Positions 18,868-28,323 of a stretch of DNA of 64,000 bases are shown here, in pieces. Under the pieces are notes generated by a model that had not been told where the DNA came from, made no database searches, and worked only from the letters and a program-made list of their open reading frames with translations. A program made the position numbers and the translations under genes. Source of the DNA: a virus (lineage: Duplodnaviria; Caudoviricetes); IMG/VR virus record IMGVR_UViG_3300020045_002401, positions 1 to 64,000 of that record, one strand, 5' to 3'. How positions within the stretch are numbered: the first letter of the stretch is position 1; each line of letters begins with the position of its first letter.

Positions 18868-19494
18868 TTACTTTCCAGACTTGTTGTTAGGTTTAGCTAC
18901 CTCTTCTGTTTCCGGTACTGTATCAAATACAGTTTCTTCAACAAGTTCTGCAACAGGAGCAACAATAGCTTGTGACTCAACAGGAACAACAGCACTAATA
19001 GGAGCACCAATACCAAACAAACCTTGCATAATAATCAAAGGATTAGCACTAGCAAGGAACGCTCTTTGAGCATTCTCCAAATCAGTCAATGGATAAGTCA
19101 CAAAGCCTTCAATACGAGAACCTTTCTTTTCAGTGAAAAGAATATCTCCTACTTTGGCTTCTCCACGAGCAACAGCAGAACTAACTTCTGTAGCAACATA
19201 TTCAGCACCAGCTTCATAGAACTCAACATCAGCAAATCCAGCTTTATTTACCAATCCAATGATAGCTTCACGGAATAGGTTATGCATAATAGGATTAGCA
19301 CTATCAACACCATTATCATACAATCCAGATGGAATGTTAGATGCACGTGCTGATTTATGTAAATCAAGCAATGCTTGTTTACAAGTTCTTGCAATTTGTT
19401 GTTGTTGTCCATTAACAACTACAGTTAGACCTACGAATGGTTCAGTACCTTGTTTCGTAATAATGTCTGCGGCGATAACATTGAATGTTTTCAT
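18868..19494 (-). CDS. Hypothetical protein, probably highly expressed; first gene of the leftward arm
   Basis: 208 aa; visibly more C-ending codons (AAC, TTC, ATC) than neighbours; acidic Val/Glu/Pro C-terminal tail. Confidence 0.8.
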   Translation of the reverse strand: MKTFNVIAADIITKQGTEPFVGLTVVVNGQQQQIARTCKQALLDLHKSARASNIPSGLYDNGVDSANPIMHNLFREAIIGLVNKAGFADVEFYEAGAEYVATEVSSAVARGEAKVGDILFTEKKGSRIEGFVTYPLTDLENAQRAFLASANPLIIMQGLFGIGAPISAVVPVESQAIVAPVAELVEETVFDTVPETEEVAKPNNKSGK

Positions 19495-20141
19495 AATTAA
19501 AATATTTAAGGGTTAAAGATTACAAGTGGTTACAACTAGTTATGCTACTGAAACTAATACATACTAGACTTTTGTAAAACTAAAAGAATAAATGTCTTGA
19601 TAACCAATATTGGTTTTAAGTTCAGGAACAACGAGAAGTGGACGGGGTATGTTAATTCCCCGAAATGATGCGGGGGTAGTTCCACGGGTGGTGTCATAAG
19701 CATTTAACTCATATATAATTTTACCTATCGTCGAGTCTCCTCACATCTTCCTTTAAATCCCTCCAAATTTTCATAATTTTTTTTTCCTCCTATAACCTCT
19801 TCACTTCTACCTCAATCGATATACTATAACCTATACCCCAAGTCTATCTATTTCCTCCTCTCATCAAATTAATTATTCACCTTTAAGTCTTCTATTCGGT
19901 TAGGTCTATTTAATCCCTCTGTACTCGTACTCTTTATCCTTAGTAGGAAAGTCACCAAATAGAAAAGTTTCTGTATATTTTATAAAATTTTTTTTCTATG
20001 TATATTAATAATATTAATCTAGTTAGTAAAATCTACTCTCACAAACAAGATTATATTACCTTGCCAATCTTAGTAACTTTTAGGTATATTAATAATAGTA
20101 ATACTATGTACAAGATGGTCTATAGGAAGAGGGTCAAGACT

Positions 20142-20309
20142 GCCCATAGAAGAAGGTTTATACGTGTTAGTTAATTTAACAAAATTTTAACACTTTACAT
20201 TTGGAAGATATACCTCATATTACTATATTTCAAATATATATATTTATATATAGTATTATATACCTAAGTATATATAAGACTTAAGCCGAATAAACTCTCG
20301 ACTATGGGC
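20142..20309. promoter_or_regulatory. Putative rightward promoter flanked by an inverted pair of CG-N14-TAYGGGC motifs
   Basis: TTTG(20200-20203)-20 nt-TATATTTC shares ATTTGGAAG with the promoter at 2708-2739; motif copies at 20142-20164 (reverse) and 20287-20309 (forward). Confidence 0.6.
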
Positions 20310-20489
20310 AGGCTATTAACCCTTAACCGATATAGGCTTATATACAAGGTAGTACTATAGGAACTACTGACTATTATACAGATGTTCGTACATCTGGTAA
20401 CCTCAGACCCTCTTGACCCTTAAACTTTATATATTTATACTAATGAAACAATACTAACATTTACTAATTTTAATTAACACATAATAACG

Positions 20490-21011
20490 ATGGCAACCGA
20501 TATTATTCCTATCCAACTTCAATTATATAGAAGTTTACTTACTGACTCTCTTAATAGTCTGACTAATGAAATGTATGCTAATAACATTAAAACAAGTTAT
20601 AAGTATGACATTACTGCTGTACCTAAATCAGCTTACCCTTCTATTGCTAATCCACATAAAGCTTTATACTTATTTAGAGTATATGCAATAGATAAGTCAA
20701 GAAATCCAATTGGAGAAACCCACTACTTATATAATCAATACTATTCAAAAGAAGTTATTGAGTCTATACATACTATAGAAATAAAAGCTATTAAAGAATG
20801 GTTTATTATGGCTTCTAAAGCTTTATATAATGTTATGCATGATATGTATATTGAAGAAGCTAAAGCTGTACAAGATTTTACTGATTCATTAAAAGCTGAA
20901 GGTGTAACACAAGATAACCTTACTGCTAAGAATACTATTCAAAATACTAATATTATTAAGCAACAGGAAGCTAAGATAATGCAAATAATGCCTAAGATTA
21001 TTACTGAATAA
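20490..21011 (+). CDS. Hypothetical protein, first gene of the rightward arm
   Basis: 173 aa ORF. Confidence 0.7.
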   Translation: MATDIIPIQLQLYRSLLTDSLNSLTNEMYANNIKTSYKYDITAVPKSAYPSIANPHKALYLFRVYAIDKSRNPIGETHYLYNQYYSKEVIESIHTIEIKAIKEWFIMASKALYNVMHDMYIEEAKAVQDFTDSLKAEGVTQDNLTAKNTIQNTNIIKQQEAKIMQIMPKIITE

Positions 21012-21013
21012 CA

Positions 21014-21451
21014 ATGAATATTGATAATACTCTAGCAAGAATAATAACAGAAACTCAAAAACTTACTGCTAATGAGTATGGTATAGATTTAACATTTGAA
21101 CAAGTACATGAAGTTATAGAAGTTCAACTTACTTCAACTGTATATGCTCTTACTAAAAATATACCTATTCATTGGAGAGGTTTTATGAAGTTTATTTGGA
21201 CTAATAAAAGAGCCCGTAAAGCAGAATTTGACCCTGTATTTAAAGCTATACAAGATAATGCTCATAATCTTACTGATAGAGAAATTGATTATTATACATA
21301 TTTAGCTGGTGTTGCTGCAAGTTCTGCTAAACAAGAATTAGAAAAATTAAGTAGTCATTCTAAAGCTTTAAGTCCTGATGAGATTAAAGCTATTCCTACT
21401 AATGTATCTAAGTTCCGTCAATTTACTTGTTTAATTAAACAACGCCAATAA
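21014..21451 (+). CDS. HU/IHF-like DNA-binding protein
   Basis: FEQVHEVIEVQLTSTVYALTKNIPIHWRGFMKF parallels the HU/IHF core (helix 2-helix 3-VxLRGFGxF). Confidence 0.55.
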   Translation: MNIDNTLARIITETQKLTANEYGIDLTFEQVHEVIEVQLTSTVYALTKNIPIHWRGFMKFIWTNKRARKAEFDPVFKAIQDNAHNLTDREIDYYTYLAGVAASSAKQELEKLSSHSKALSPDEIKAIPTNVSKFRQFTCLIKQRQ

Positions 21452-22119
21452 TGGTAAGACACTATGTAGGAGAAGAAGATAATGAAGTTGTTGTACATAA
21501 AAAACAATGCTTCTTAATTCCTGAATTTAAGGAACTCTTTGATAGAGATAAAGGATGTAAACAAGATCCTAAAGGTAAACATCAACTTGTAGCTTGTGCT
21601 GAATTAAAATATATATATTATTATAATGACCCTCGTAGTGAATATTATAATACTCCTCTTTCTGCTTCTCAGGATACTGTACGTGATTTAAGTGGTATAC
21701 CTAATAACTGGAAAGCTGATAAAGTATTTGATAAGGCAGTTATAAAATATAAAGAACTACAAAAACTTAGTTCTGCTGGTAAAGCTTATTTTTCTGCTGA
21801 TGCTGCATTATATGATTTAGGTGCTGACACTAGTGAATTATTAGAAATAGTCAGGGACTTAAAAACAGACTTGAGAGTAGCAGTACAATTGACACAAAAG
21901 AAAACAAAAGAATATACTCTTGAAGAATTAGAGTTAGTAACTAAACTAATAAATAAATTAGATAATGTTACTAATACCCAAGATAAGATAATAAATATTA
22001 TTAACAAATTACCAAAACTTATAATTACTATTAAAAGTTTGAAAGAACAGTATGCTCAAGAAGATAATGAGAATAATATAGTAGTAGGTAATAGAGAATT
22101 AGGTAATAGAGAAGATTAA
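21451..22119 (+). CDS. Conserved crAss-like protein (possible small terminase by position)
   Basis: 222 aa, helical/coiled-coil C-terminal half, upstream of terL; function is inference. Confidence 0.5.
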   Translation: MVRHYVGEEDNEVVVHKKQCFLIPEFKELFDRDKGCKQDPKGKHQLVACAELKYIYYYNDPRSEYYNTPLSASQDTVRDLSGIPNNWKADKVFDKAVIKYKELQKLSSAGKAYFSADAALYDLGADTSELLEIVRDLKTDLRVAVQLTQKKTKEYTLEELELVTKLINKLDNVTNTQDKIINIINKLPKLIITIKSLKEQYAQEDNENNIVVGNRELGNRED

Positions 22120-22123
22120 CATT

Positions 22124-23095
22124 ATGATACCATTAATAGAATCTCAAGCTAAAGAATTAATCTTTACTGAACATGACCATAAGTATCGTGATGAAAATAA
22201 TGTTATATATACATCTGTAACTACTCTTATAGATAAATATAAAGCTAAATTTGATAATGAATTTTGGAGTATGTATACAGCTCTTAAAGATGCTGGTTAT
22301 AGACTTAAACCTTATCCAGAAGAACAAGCTATTAGACTAGGTAGTGTTAAATATAAATTAGCAGATTTAAAAAAAGAAACTTATTATGTACAATTACAAG
22401 ATCTTACTAAAGCTCAATGGGCTTTAAAAACTACAGAAGCTTGTATGAGAGGTAATAATATTCATAATAATATAGAATCTAATATTAATAAAACTCGATT
22501 TGATGAAGATGCTAATGATAATGATTTAATATCTTATGAAAATAATCCTTTTAAATATGGTAAAAACATAAGTAGTTTAAATGATTTAGAGGCTTCTAAA
22601 TTTAAAGAAGAACACCCTTTTATATATAATAAATTAAAACCACTTGTAGAAGCAGGGGCAACTGTTTTTGCAGAGAAACGTGTATATCTTTCTAAATATA
22701 AACTTGCTGGTACTATTGATTGTCCTATTATAAAAGGTAAATACTTTTGTATTTTAGACTGGAAATCAAATGCTGCTGATATGCATGATACACCAGGATA
22801 CTATAAGAAAGAAAATATAGGAGGGGAATGGATTAAAACAGATACTTGGATAATAACAGATGATAAGTTTACTAGTCCTATTAGTCATATTCCTGCTTCT
22901 AAGTTTCATACATATTGTTTACAGTTATCTATTTATGCTTATATTATGGAACAATGGGGATATACTCTTATTCCTAATGGTCTTGCCATCGTCCATTATC
23001 CTCTTAACAAGGAACCGGTATATCTCCAAGTTCCATATCTTAGAAACGAAGTTATAGCCTTACTTACTGACCATAACAGAAAGCTTTCCTTATAG
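22124..23095 (+). CDS. PD-(D/E)xK nuclease
   Basis: F.E..H.Y...YTSVTT, RGNNIH, EKRVY...LAGTID, LDWKS, QLSIYAY. Confidence 0.85.
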   Translation: MIPLIESQAKELIFTEHDHKYRDENNVIYTSVTTLIDKYKAKFDNEFWSMYTALKDAGYRLKPYPEEQAIRLGSVKYKLADLKKETYYVQLQDLTKAQWALKTTEACMRGNNIHNNIESNINKTRFDEDANDNDLISYENNPFKYGKNISSLNDLEASKFKEEHPFIYNKLKPLVEAGATVFAEKRVYLSKYKLAGTIDCPIIKGKYFCILDWKSNAADMHDTPGYYKKENIGGEWIKTDTWIITDDKFTSPISHIPASKFHTYCLQLSIYAYIMEQWGYTLIPNGLAIVHYPLNKEPVYLQVPYLRNEVIALLTDHNRKLSL

Positions 23096-23105
23096 GGAAG
23101 CTTTT
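23081..23105 (+). terminator. Hairpin overlapping the nuclease stop codon (possible weak terminator)
   Basis: AAGCTTTCCT-tat-AGGGAAGCTT followed by TTATT. Confidence 0.45.
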
Positions 23106-23130
23106 ATTATTAACCATAATTCCAACTATT

Positions 23131-23571
23131 ATGAATAATGCACTATTTTTGGACATTCCTACTATAATCAAAACTAATAGTAAACAAGACTTTCCTATAC
23201 ATAGAGAAGATTGGTATATTCCTCAAACAATTAAAGATATTATTAAAAAGCATCTTGAATTTAATTATAAGATTGTTCTTGTTGGTAATTATCCTGAAGT
23301 ATATGTAAATAAAAAAGAAAGCAATCCTATAGAAAATCTATTACGTAATATTGCGGAAAAGCTTGAAGAGGATTTTAAGCTTAAACCTTGTAGTATTAAT
23401 TATGACTACTGTACAGATTCTGCTTCTTTTGAACATTTACCTCTTCCTGGTATGTTTTATAATCTTGCTTATGAACATGAATTATTATTAGGTTATTCTT
23501 TTATAATTACTAATGTAACTATAGGTAAATTTATACAACAATATTCAGGTATTAAACCTATAATAGTATAA
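23131..23571 (+). CDS. HAD-IIIA (PNKP/GmhB-like) phosphatase homologue with degenerate active site
   Basis: ALFLDIPTIIKT...FP....DW, IVLVGN, YC, LPLPGM, SFIITN align to the HAD IIIA layout but lack the DxD second Asp, the motif III Lys and the GD. Confidence 0.65.
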   Translation: MNNALFLDIPTIIKTNSKQDFPIHREDWYIPQTIKDIIKKHLEFNYKIVLVGNYPEVYVNKKESNPIENLLRNIAEKLEEDFKLKPCSINYDYCTDSASFEHLPLPGMFYNLAYEHELLLGYSFIITNVTIGKFIQQYSGIKPIIV

Positions 23572-23575
23572 TAAA

Positions 23576-25936
23576 ATGAGAAGGTCAGATTCAGAAGCTT
23601 ATGATTTAGTAGCTAGATTAGAAGCAGTATTACCAACTTTACCTATTAATAATACCGTATATAGTACACCTTTTAAATCTGTTCCTTATATTAATCCTGA
23701 GAGTGACCAAGAGGATGCTCTAGAGATGTTTGACTTTGATGATATAGCTTTTGTTAATACTAGTGAAGCATCTTCAACTGCTGCTCATTTTAAGAAGTTT
23801 GGTTGTTATACTAAATTACATCCTAAATGGGATAGACGAGAGTTTAATGCTTTTTGGGATGAAGAAGAACGTAAATGTAAAGAAGGTCTTGTTCTTCCGG
23901 GTAAACTTATTAAGAATGATGCCGGTTTATATGAAATACAAAAAGTACATATAACAGGTGAGCATTATGGTTATCTTAATTATTCTAAGATTAAAGCTTC
24001 TGCTGAATTTGATATTAAAAAAGGAATTATATATAGTCCTAATGGAGAACCTATAAGTAAAGTAGAACAGGGTATTGTTGATAAAACTGCCTTGTTTCCT
24101 TCGTTTTGGGATGGAGATTATTATTTCTTTAAATCTTTAGAACTAGCTAGAAGAGTTGGTAGACACGTAGTTGTAGGTAAAGCTAGACGTAAAGGTTACT
24201 CTTATAAAAATGGTTGGATTGTAGCTAATAGAGCTAACTTATATAGAGGTAGTACATCTGTTGTATCTGCATATGATGGAGCATCTTTATTTGAAGATGG
24301 TACTATGAATAAAGTTATGTCTTTCTTAGATAATCTTAATGATAATACTGATTGGTCTAAAGGAAGGATACATAATTCACTTGAACATATAGAAATAGGT
24401 TATAGACTTAGAGGTAATCCTGCTAAGAAAGGTTTCTTATCTAAAATATATACTGCTATCTTAGGTAAAGATGGTGGTAAAATTAGGGGTAAAGATGCTT
24501 CTATTATTCTTATTGAAGAAGCTGGTAAATGTGCTAACCTTACAGATGTACTTGATGCTACACTTAAATCTTTAGAAGATGGCTCATTAATGACGGGTCT
24601 TATGATTGTCTTTGGTACTGGTGGTGGAGCTGAAACAGCTTGGGCAGGTTTTGAAGATTTATTTTATAATGTTATATCTCGTAAATTCCTTGCTTTTGTT
24701 AATAATTGGGATGAAGATGCTACAGATGATTATTGTGGTTTCTTTCACCCTTGTTATATGTCTAAACCTGGTCTTTATAAAGGAGTACCTCTTATAGATA
24801 GGCACGGTAATAGTAATGTTAAAGCCGCTATTGAATTTGAGAAACAAGAATTAGTTCGTTATGGTAGTGATGATGGTAAAGTTACTGCCCACTTAATGGA
24901 AGAACCTCATTCTCCTTCTCAAGCTTTTAGTAGAGCTAAGTCTGTTATCTTTAATGCTCAACTATTAGATGCTCAATTTAAGAAAACTGTTAAATTAGCA
25001 AGTAGAAATACTATTGGACGTGAAGGTATGTTTACTAATACAGGTTCTAAAATAGTATTTAAGGATAGAGCCTTAATGGAAGAGGATGAATTATTAAATA
25101 CACCTAAAGCTATTAAGAATTATCCTATATCTAAAGCAGATGATACTAGAGGTTGTTGGGTTATATATGATGAACCTTATCGTGATCCTGCTACAGGACT
25201 TATACCAGAACATTTATATCATGTATGGAATGACCCTTTTGCTATATCTAAAACTAAAGATACTTTTACTACTAGAGATTCTTTGGCTTGTACTATTATT
25301 TATGAAGCTGCTAATAATCTTACTGCTTCTAAGGGGGATAAGATAGTTGCTGTATATGTTGGTAGAACAGAAGATACTACTGATTATGATTTACAAATGT
25401 TCCTCGGTGCTACCTATTATAATGGTAAGATATTATATGAAAATGATAGGGGTGACGTTTATGGAAATGCCTTGAAATTAGGCTATTTGCACCTCTTAAA
25501 AACTGAAACGACCTTTCAACATCAAAAAGAATTACAAAAGGGTGGAATGGGTAGGAAATTCGGCATATCGATTGCATCCAACCCCCAAAGAAAACAGACT
25601 GGAATCGTGTATTTAAAAAACTGGTTAATAACTCCTAGAGGTAAAGATATACACGGAAATACTATTTTAAATTTGCATATAATATATGATTTACCTATAT
25701 TGAAAGAGTTATTAAAATATGACGGTTCTAAGAATGCTGATAGGGTATCTTGTTTAATAATAGGAATGTTTGATATTAAAGAAGCCCTTTATAAGAATCA
25801 AGTACCTGAAAGACCGCAAGCCAATATAGATAATTATTTTAATAATCCTTTTGATTATAATATAGATGATAATAACTCAATATATAATGAGGAATCTAAT
25901 AATGTTCAAGGAGTGAATTTTGACCCTTATTTCTAA
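23576..25936 (+). CDS. terL: Terminase large subunit
   Basis: KARRKGYSY Walker A variant, IEEAGK Walker B, GTGG coupling motif, RNase H-like NDPF and C-terminal NADRVS. Confidence 0.92.
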   Translation: MRRSDSEAYDLVARLEAVLPTLPINNTVYSTPFKSVPYINPESDQEDALEMFDFDDIAFVNTSEASSTAAHFKKFGCYTKLHPKWDRREFNAFWDEEERKCKEGLVLPGKLIKNDAGLYEIQKVHITGEHYGYLNYSKIKASAEFDIKKGIIYSPNGEPISKVEQGIVDKTALFPSFWDGDYYFFKSLELARRVGRHVVVGKARRKGYSYKNGWIVANRANLYRGSTSVVSAYDGASLFEDGTMNKVMSFLDNLNDNTDWSKGRIHNSLEHIEIGYRLRGNPAKKGFLSKIYTAILGKDGGKIRGKDASIILIEEAGKCANLTDVLDATLKSLEDGSLMTGLMIVFGTGGGAETAWAGFEDLFYNVISRKFLAFVNNWDEDATDDYCGFFHPCYMSKPGLYKGVPLIDRHGNSNVKAAIEFEKQELVRYGSDDGKVTAHLMEEPHSPSQAFSRAKSVIFNAQLLDAQFKKTVKLASRNTIGREGMFTNTGSKIVFKDRALMEEDELLNTPKAIKNYPISKADDTRGCWVIYDEPYRDPATGLIPEHLYHVWNDPFAISKTKDTFTTRDSLACTIIYEAANNLTASKGDKIVAVYVGRTEDTTDYDLQMFLGATYYNGKILYENDRGDVYGNALKLGYLHLLKTETTFQHQKELQKGGMGRKFGISIASNPQRKQTGIVYLKNWLITPRGKDIHGNTILNLHIIYDLPILKELLKYDGSKNADRVSCLIIGMFDIKEALYKNQVPERPQANIDNYFNNPFDYNIDDNNSIYNEESNNVQGVNFDPYF
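25668..25677 (+). promoter_or_regulatory. Candidate internal -7 promoter box upstream of portal
   Basis: TAAATTTGCA about 280 nt before the portal start, just downstream of a phased A-tract island; no clear -33 box. Confidence 0.35.
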
Positions 25937-25956
25937 TTAGATAAACAAATACAAAA

Positions 25957-28311
25957 ATGCTTTTACCTAATCAACTACTTACAGCTAAAGAAAAAGCTAT
26001 ACGAAATCAAGATACTGGACTTACTAATATAGAAGAAACTATTGTTCACTATATAGATAATTCAGGATGGAAAAAAGAATATGATGAAGTTAATAAACTA
26101 TTTGCCGCAGTAGAAGGTATTATAGACTATAATGAATATAAGGCAATATTTGGTTCTACTAACCAAGATAATGGTGCTAATACAGATTTTATGTATAAAG
26201 CTAAATTAGCTAATTACAATTGTCTTATGGGTATTGTTAAATTATTACTTGGTGAATTTGGTACACGTTCTCATGAATATGAAGTTGTTAATCTAAACCC
26301 TAATGATGATATTAGTCGTCAAAAGGGTTTATCTATGTTACTTAAAGAGTATCATAAAAAGAAAGTTCTTATGGATTTTCAAAAGATAACAGGTTTAGCT
26401 CCTACAGAAGAACAACCTTTACCTGAATTACAAACTCTTGTAGATAACTTTAATACTACTTTTAATGATGCTACATTAATAAAAGGACAAGAAGCTTTAG
26501 ATTTTATTAGATTTTATTGTGATATTGACCATAAAATTATTGATGCTTATTATGATTGGGTTGTAACAGGTGGTGCTTATACATATAAAGATGTTCTTAA
26601 TGGGGAAGTTGTATATGAACATGTACCTAGAAATGAACTCTTTGTTATTAATATGAAACCAGGGTCTTCTTTAGTAGAAGAAGCGGATGTTCATATTAGA
26701 CGTAGAATAATGAGTCCTTACCAAGTATTAGAAATGCTTCAAGATGAATTAGAAGAAGATCAAATTAAAGCTTTTGAAGCAGAAGTTAATAATGGTTTTA
26801 ATGAATATAATCAACAATATGTAGTAACTAATAGAAATGGTGTAATAAATTCACAATCTAATTATGTGAACTCTACTATACCAATGATATGTTATACTAA
26901 TGGATTAGAAGTTTTTCATGTTGTTTATACTACTTATAAAGATATATATGTTTTATCTTATTTAGATGAATTTGGATTACCACAAGAAAAAGAAGTTACT
27001 GCTGAATATGAATTACAACCTGAATTAGGTGATATAGGTATTAGTAAAGAGTGGTATACTTGTAAATATCAAGGGTATAAAGTATTAGATTATTTCTTTA
27101 AATGTGGGGAAGTTCCTTTTGACCGTTCTGATGTAGATTCTAAAGGTAATTTAAAATCTTGTTATAATGGTATTATTGCTCGTAGTAGAGTAGGAGAAAT
27201 TAATTCTATAGTTAAAGAAGGATTAGTATATCAACGTACTATTAATGTATTGAAATTTAGTATAGAAAAATTAATTAATAAAAATAAAGATAAAGTTCTT
27301 ATTATGCCATATGGATTAGTACCTAGAAGTAAAGGTATTAGTACTACTAAACAAGCTTATCATATGGAAGCTACTTCTTTATTATGGGTTGATGAATCTG
27401 CTCCTAATGCGGCTTTTGCTGCTCAAATGATTAAATCTGTTGATATGTCTTTAAATGGTATTATCAATGAAATTAGTAATTTAGTTGTACAAACTAAAAA
27501 TGAATATTGGGAAGCTATTGGTATGAATGCCCAAAGATATTCTGATGTAAGTCAATATGCAGGTAAAGCTACTACAGAACAAGCTATTGTACGTAGTGCT
27601 ATTATTACTTATGAACTTACTCGTGCTTTTGATAAGATGCTAGAAAAAGATTACCAAGGTTTATTAGATATATCTAAAATAGCTTGGATTGATGGAATTA
27701 AAGAACCTTATATATATAGTGATAGTTCTCGTGGCGTATTTGAAATGAATGTTGACGATGCTAACTATCACGCTAGTTCTAATTATAATGTATTTGTAAA
27801 GGATGCTACTACTAATACTAGGGGTATTGAAGCTATGAGAAGTTTTGCAGGTTCTATGATACAAAATGGGGCAAGTGCTTCTGCTGTTAGTAAAATGTAT
27901 ACTACTAATAGTACTTCTAAAGTTAGTGTATTACTTGAAAAAATGGAACAAGCACAACAAGCTATAGAAGAACAAAAAGCTCAAGCTGACCATGATAGAC
28001 AGATGCAATTACAAGAACTACAAAATGAATTACAAGCTGCTCAAACAGAATTAAAACAATATGAAATTGATAGTAGATTAGAAGGTGTTAAATACACTGC
28101 TGATATGCAATATGCAGGAAAAGAGTTGACTACAGGTGATGATAACCAAGACTTGCCCATAGAAGAGGATAATACGTTTGATGAAAATCTTGCAGTTAGA
28201 GAGGCTAATAGAAAAGAAAAGATGGATAACCATACTATTAGAAAAGATAATAAAGAACTATTGCTTAAAGAGAAATCTTTAAAGCAAAAGAAAGTAACGA
28301 GTAATAACTAA
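25957..28311 (+). CDS. Portal protein
   Basis: 784 aa directly after terL; long C-terminal Gln/Glu coiled coil; crAss-like terL-portal-x-MCP order. Confidence 0.85.
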   Translation: MLLPNQLLTAKEKAIRNQDTGLTNIEETIVHYIDNSGWKKEYDEVNKLFAAVEGIIDYNEYKAIFGSTNQDNGANTDFMYKAKLANYNCLMGIVKLLLGEFGTRSHEYEVVNLNPNDDISRQKGLSMLLKEYHKKKVLMDFQKITGLAPTEEQPLPELQTLVDNFNTTFNDATLIKGQEALDFIRFYCDIDHKIIDAYYDWVVTGGAYTYKDVLNGEVVYEHVPRNELFVINMKPGSSLVEEADVHIRRRIMSPYQVLEMLQDELEEDQIKAFEAEVNNGFNEYNQQYVVTNRNGVINSQSNYVNSTIPMICYTNGLEVFHVVYTTYKDIYVLSYLDEFGLPQEKEVTAEYELQPELGDIGISKEWYTCKYQGYKVLDYFFKCGEVPFDRSDVDSKGNLKSCYNGIIARSRVGEINSIVKEGLVYQRTINVLKFSIEKLINKNKDKVLIMPYGLVPRSKGISTTKQAYHMEATSLLWVDESAPNAAFAAQMIKSVDMSLNGIINEISNLVVQTKNEYWEAIGMNAQRYSDVSQYAGKATTEQAIVRSAIITYELTRAFDKMLEKDYQGLLDISKIAWIDGIKEPYIYSDSSRGVFEMNVDDANYHASSNYNVFVKDATTNTRGIEAMRSFAGSMIQNGASASAVSKMYTTNSTSKVSVLLEKMEQAQQAIEEQKAQADHDRQMQLQELQNELQAAQTELKQYEIDSRLEGVKYTADMQYAGKELTTGDDNQDLPIEEDNTFDENLAVREANRKEKMDNHTIRKDNKELLLKEKSLKQKKVTSNN

Positions 28312-28323
28312 AATTAATATATT

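Noticed and set aside
19721-19790. AGGAGG Shine-Dalgarno-like sequence before a 17-aa ORF (minus strand)
   Set aside because: Falls inside a G/A-rich low-complexity tract, and Bacteroidota genes, like the others here, generally lack SD sequences; probably chance
2793-25936. Inteins or introns in dnaB, polA, helicases or terL
   Set aside because: ORFs are continuous, motif spacing and lengths look normal, and no C...HN splice motifs or homing-endonuclease motifs were seen
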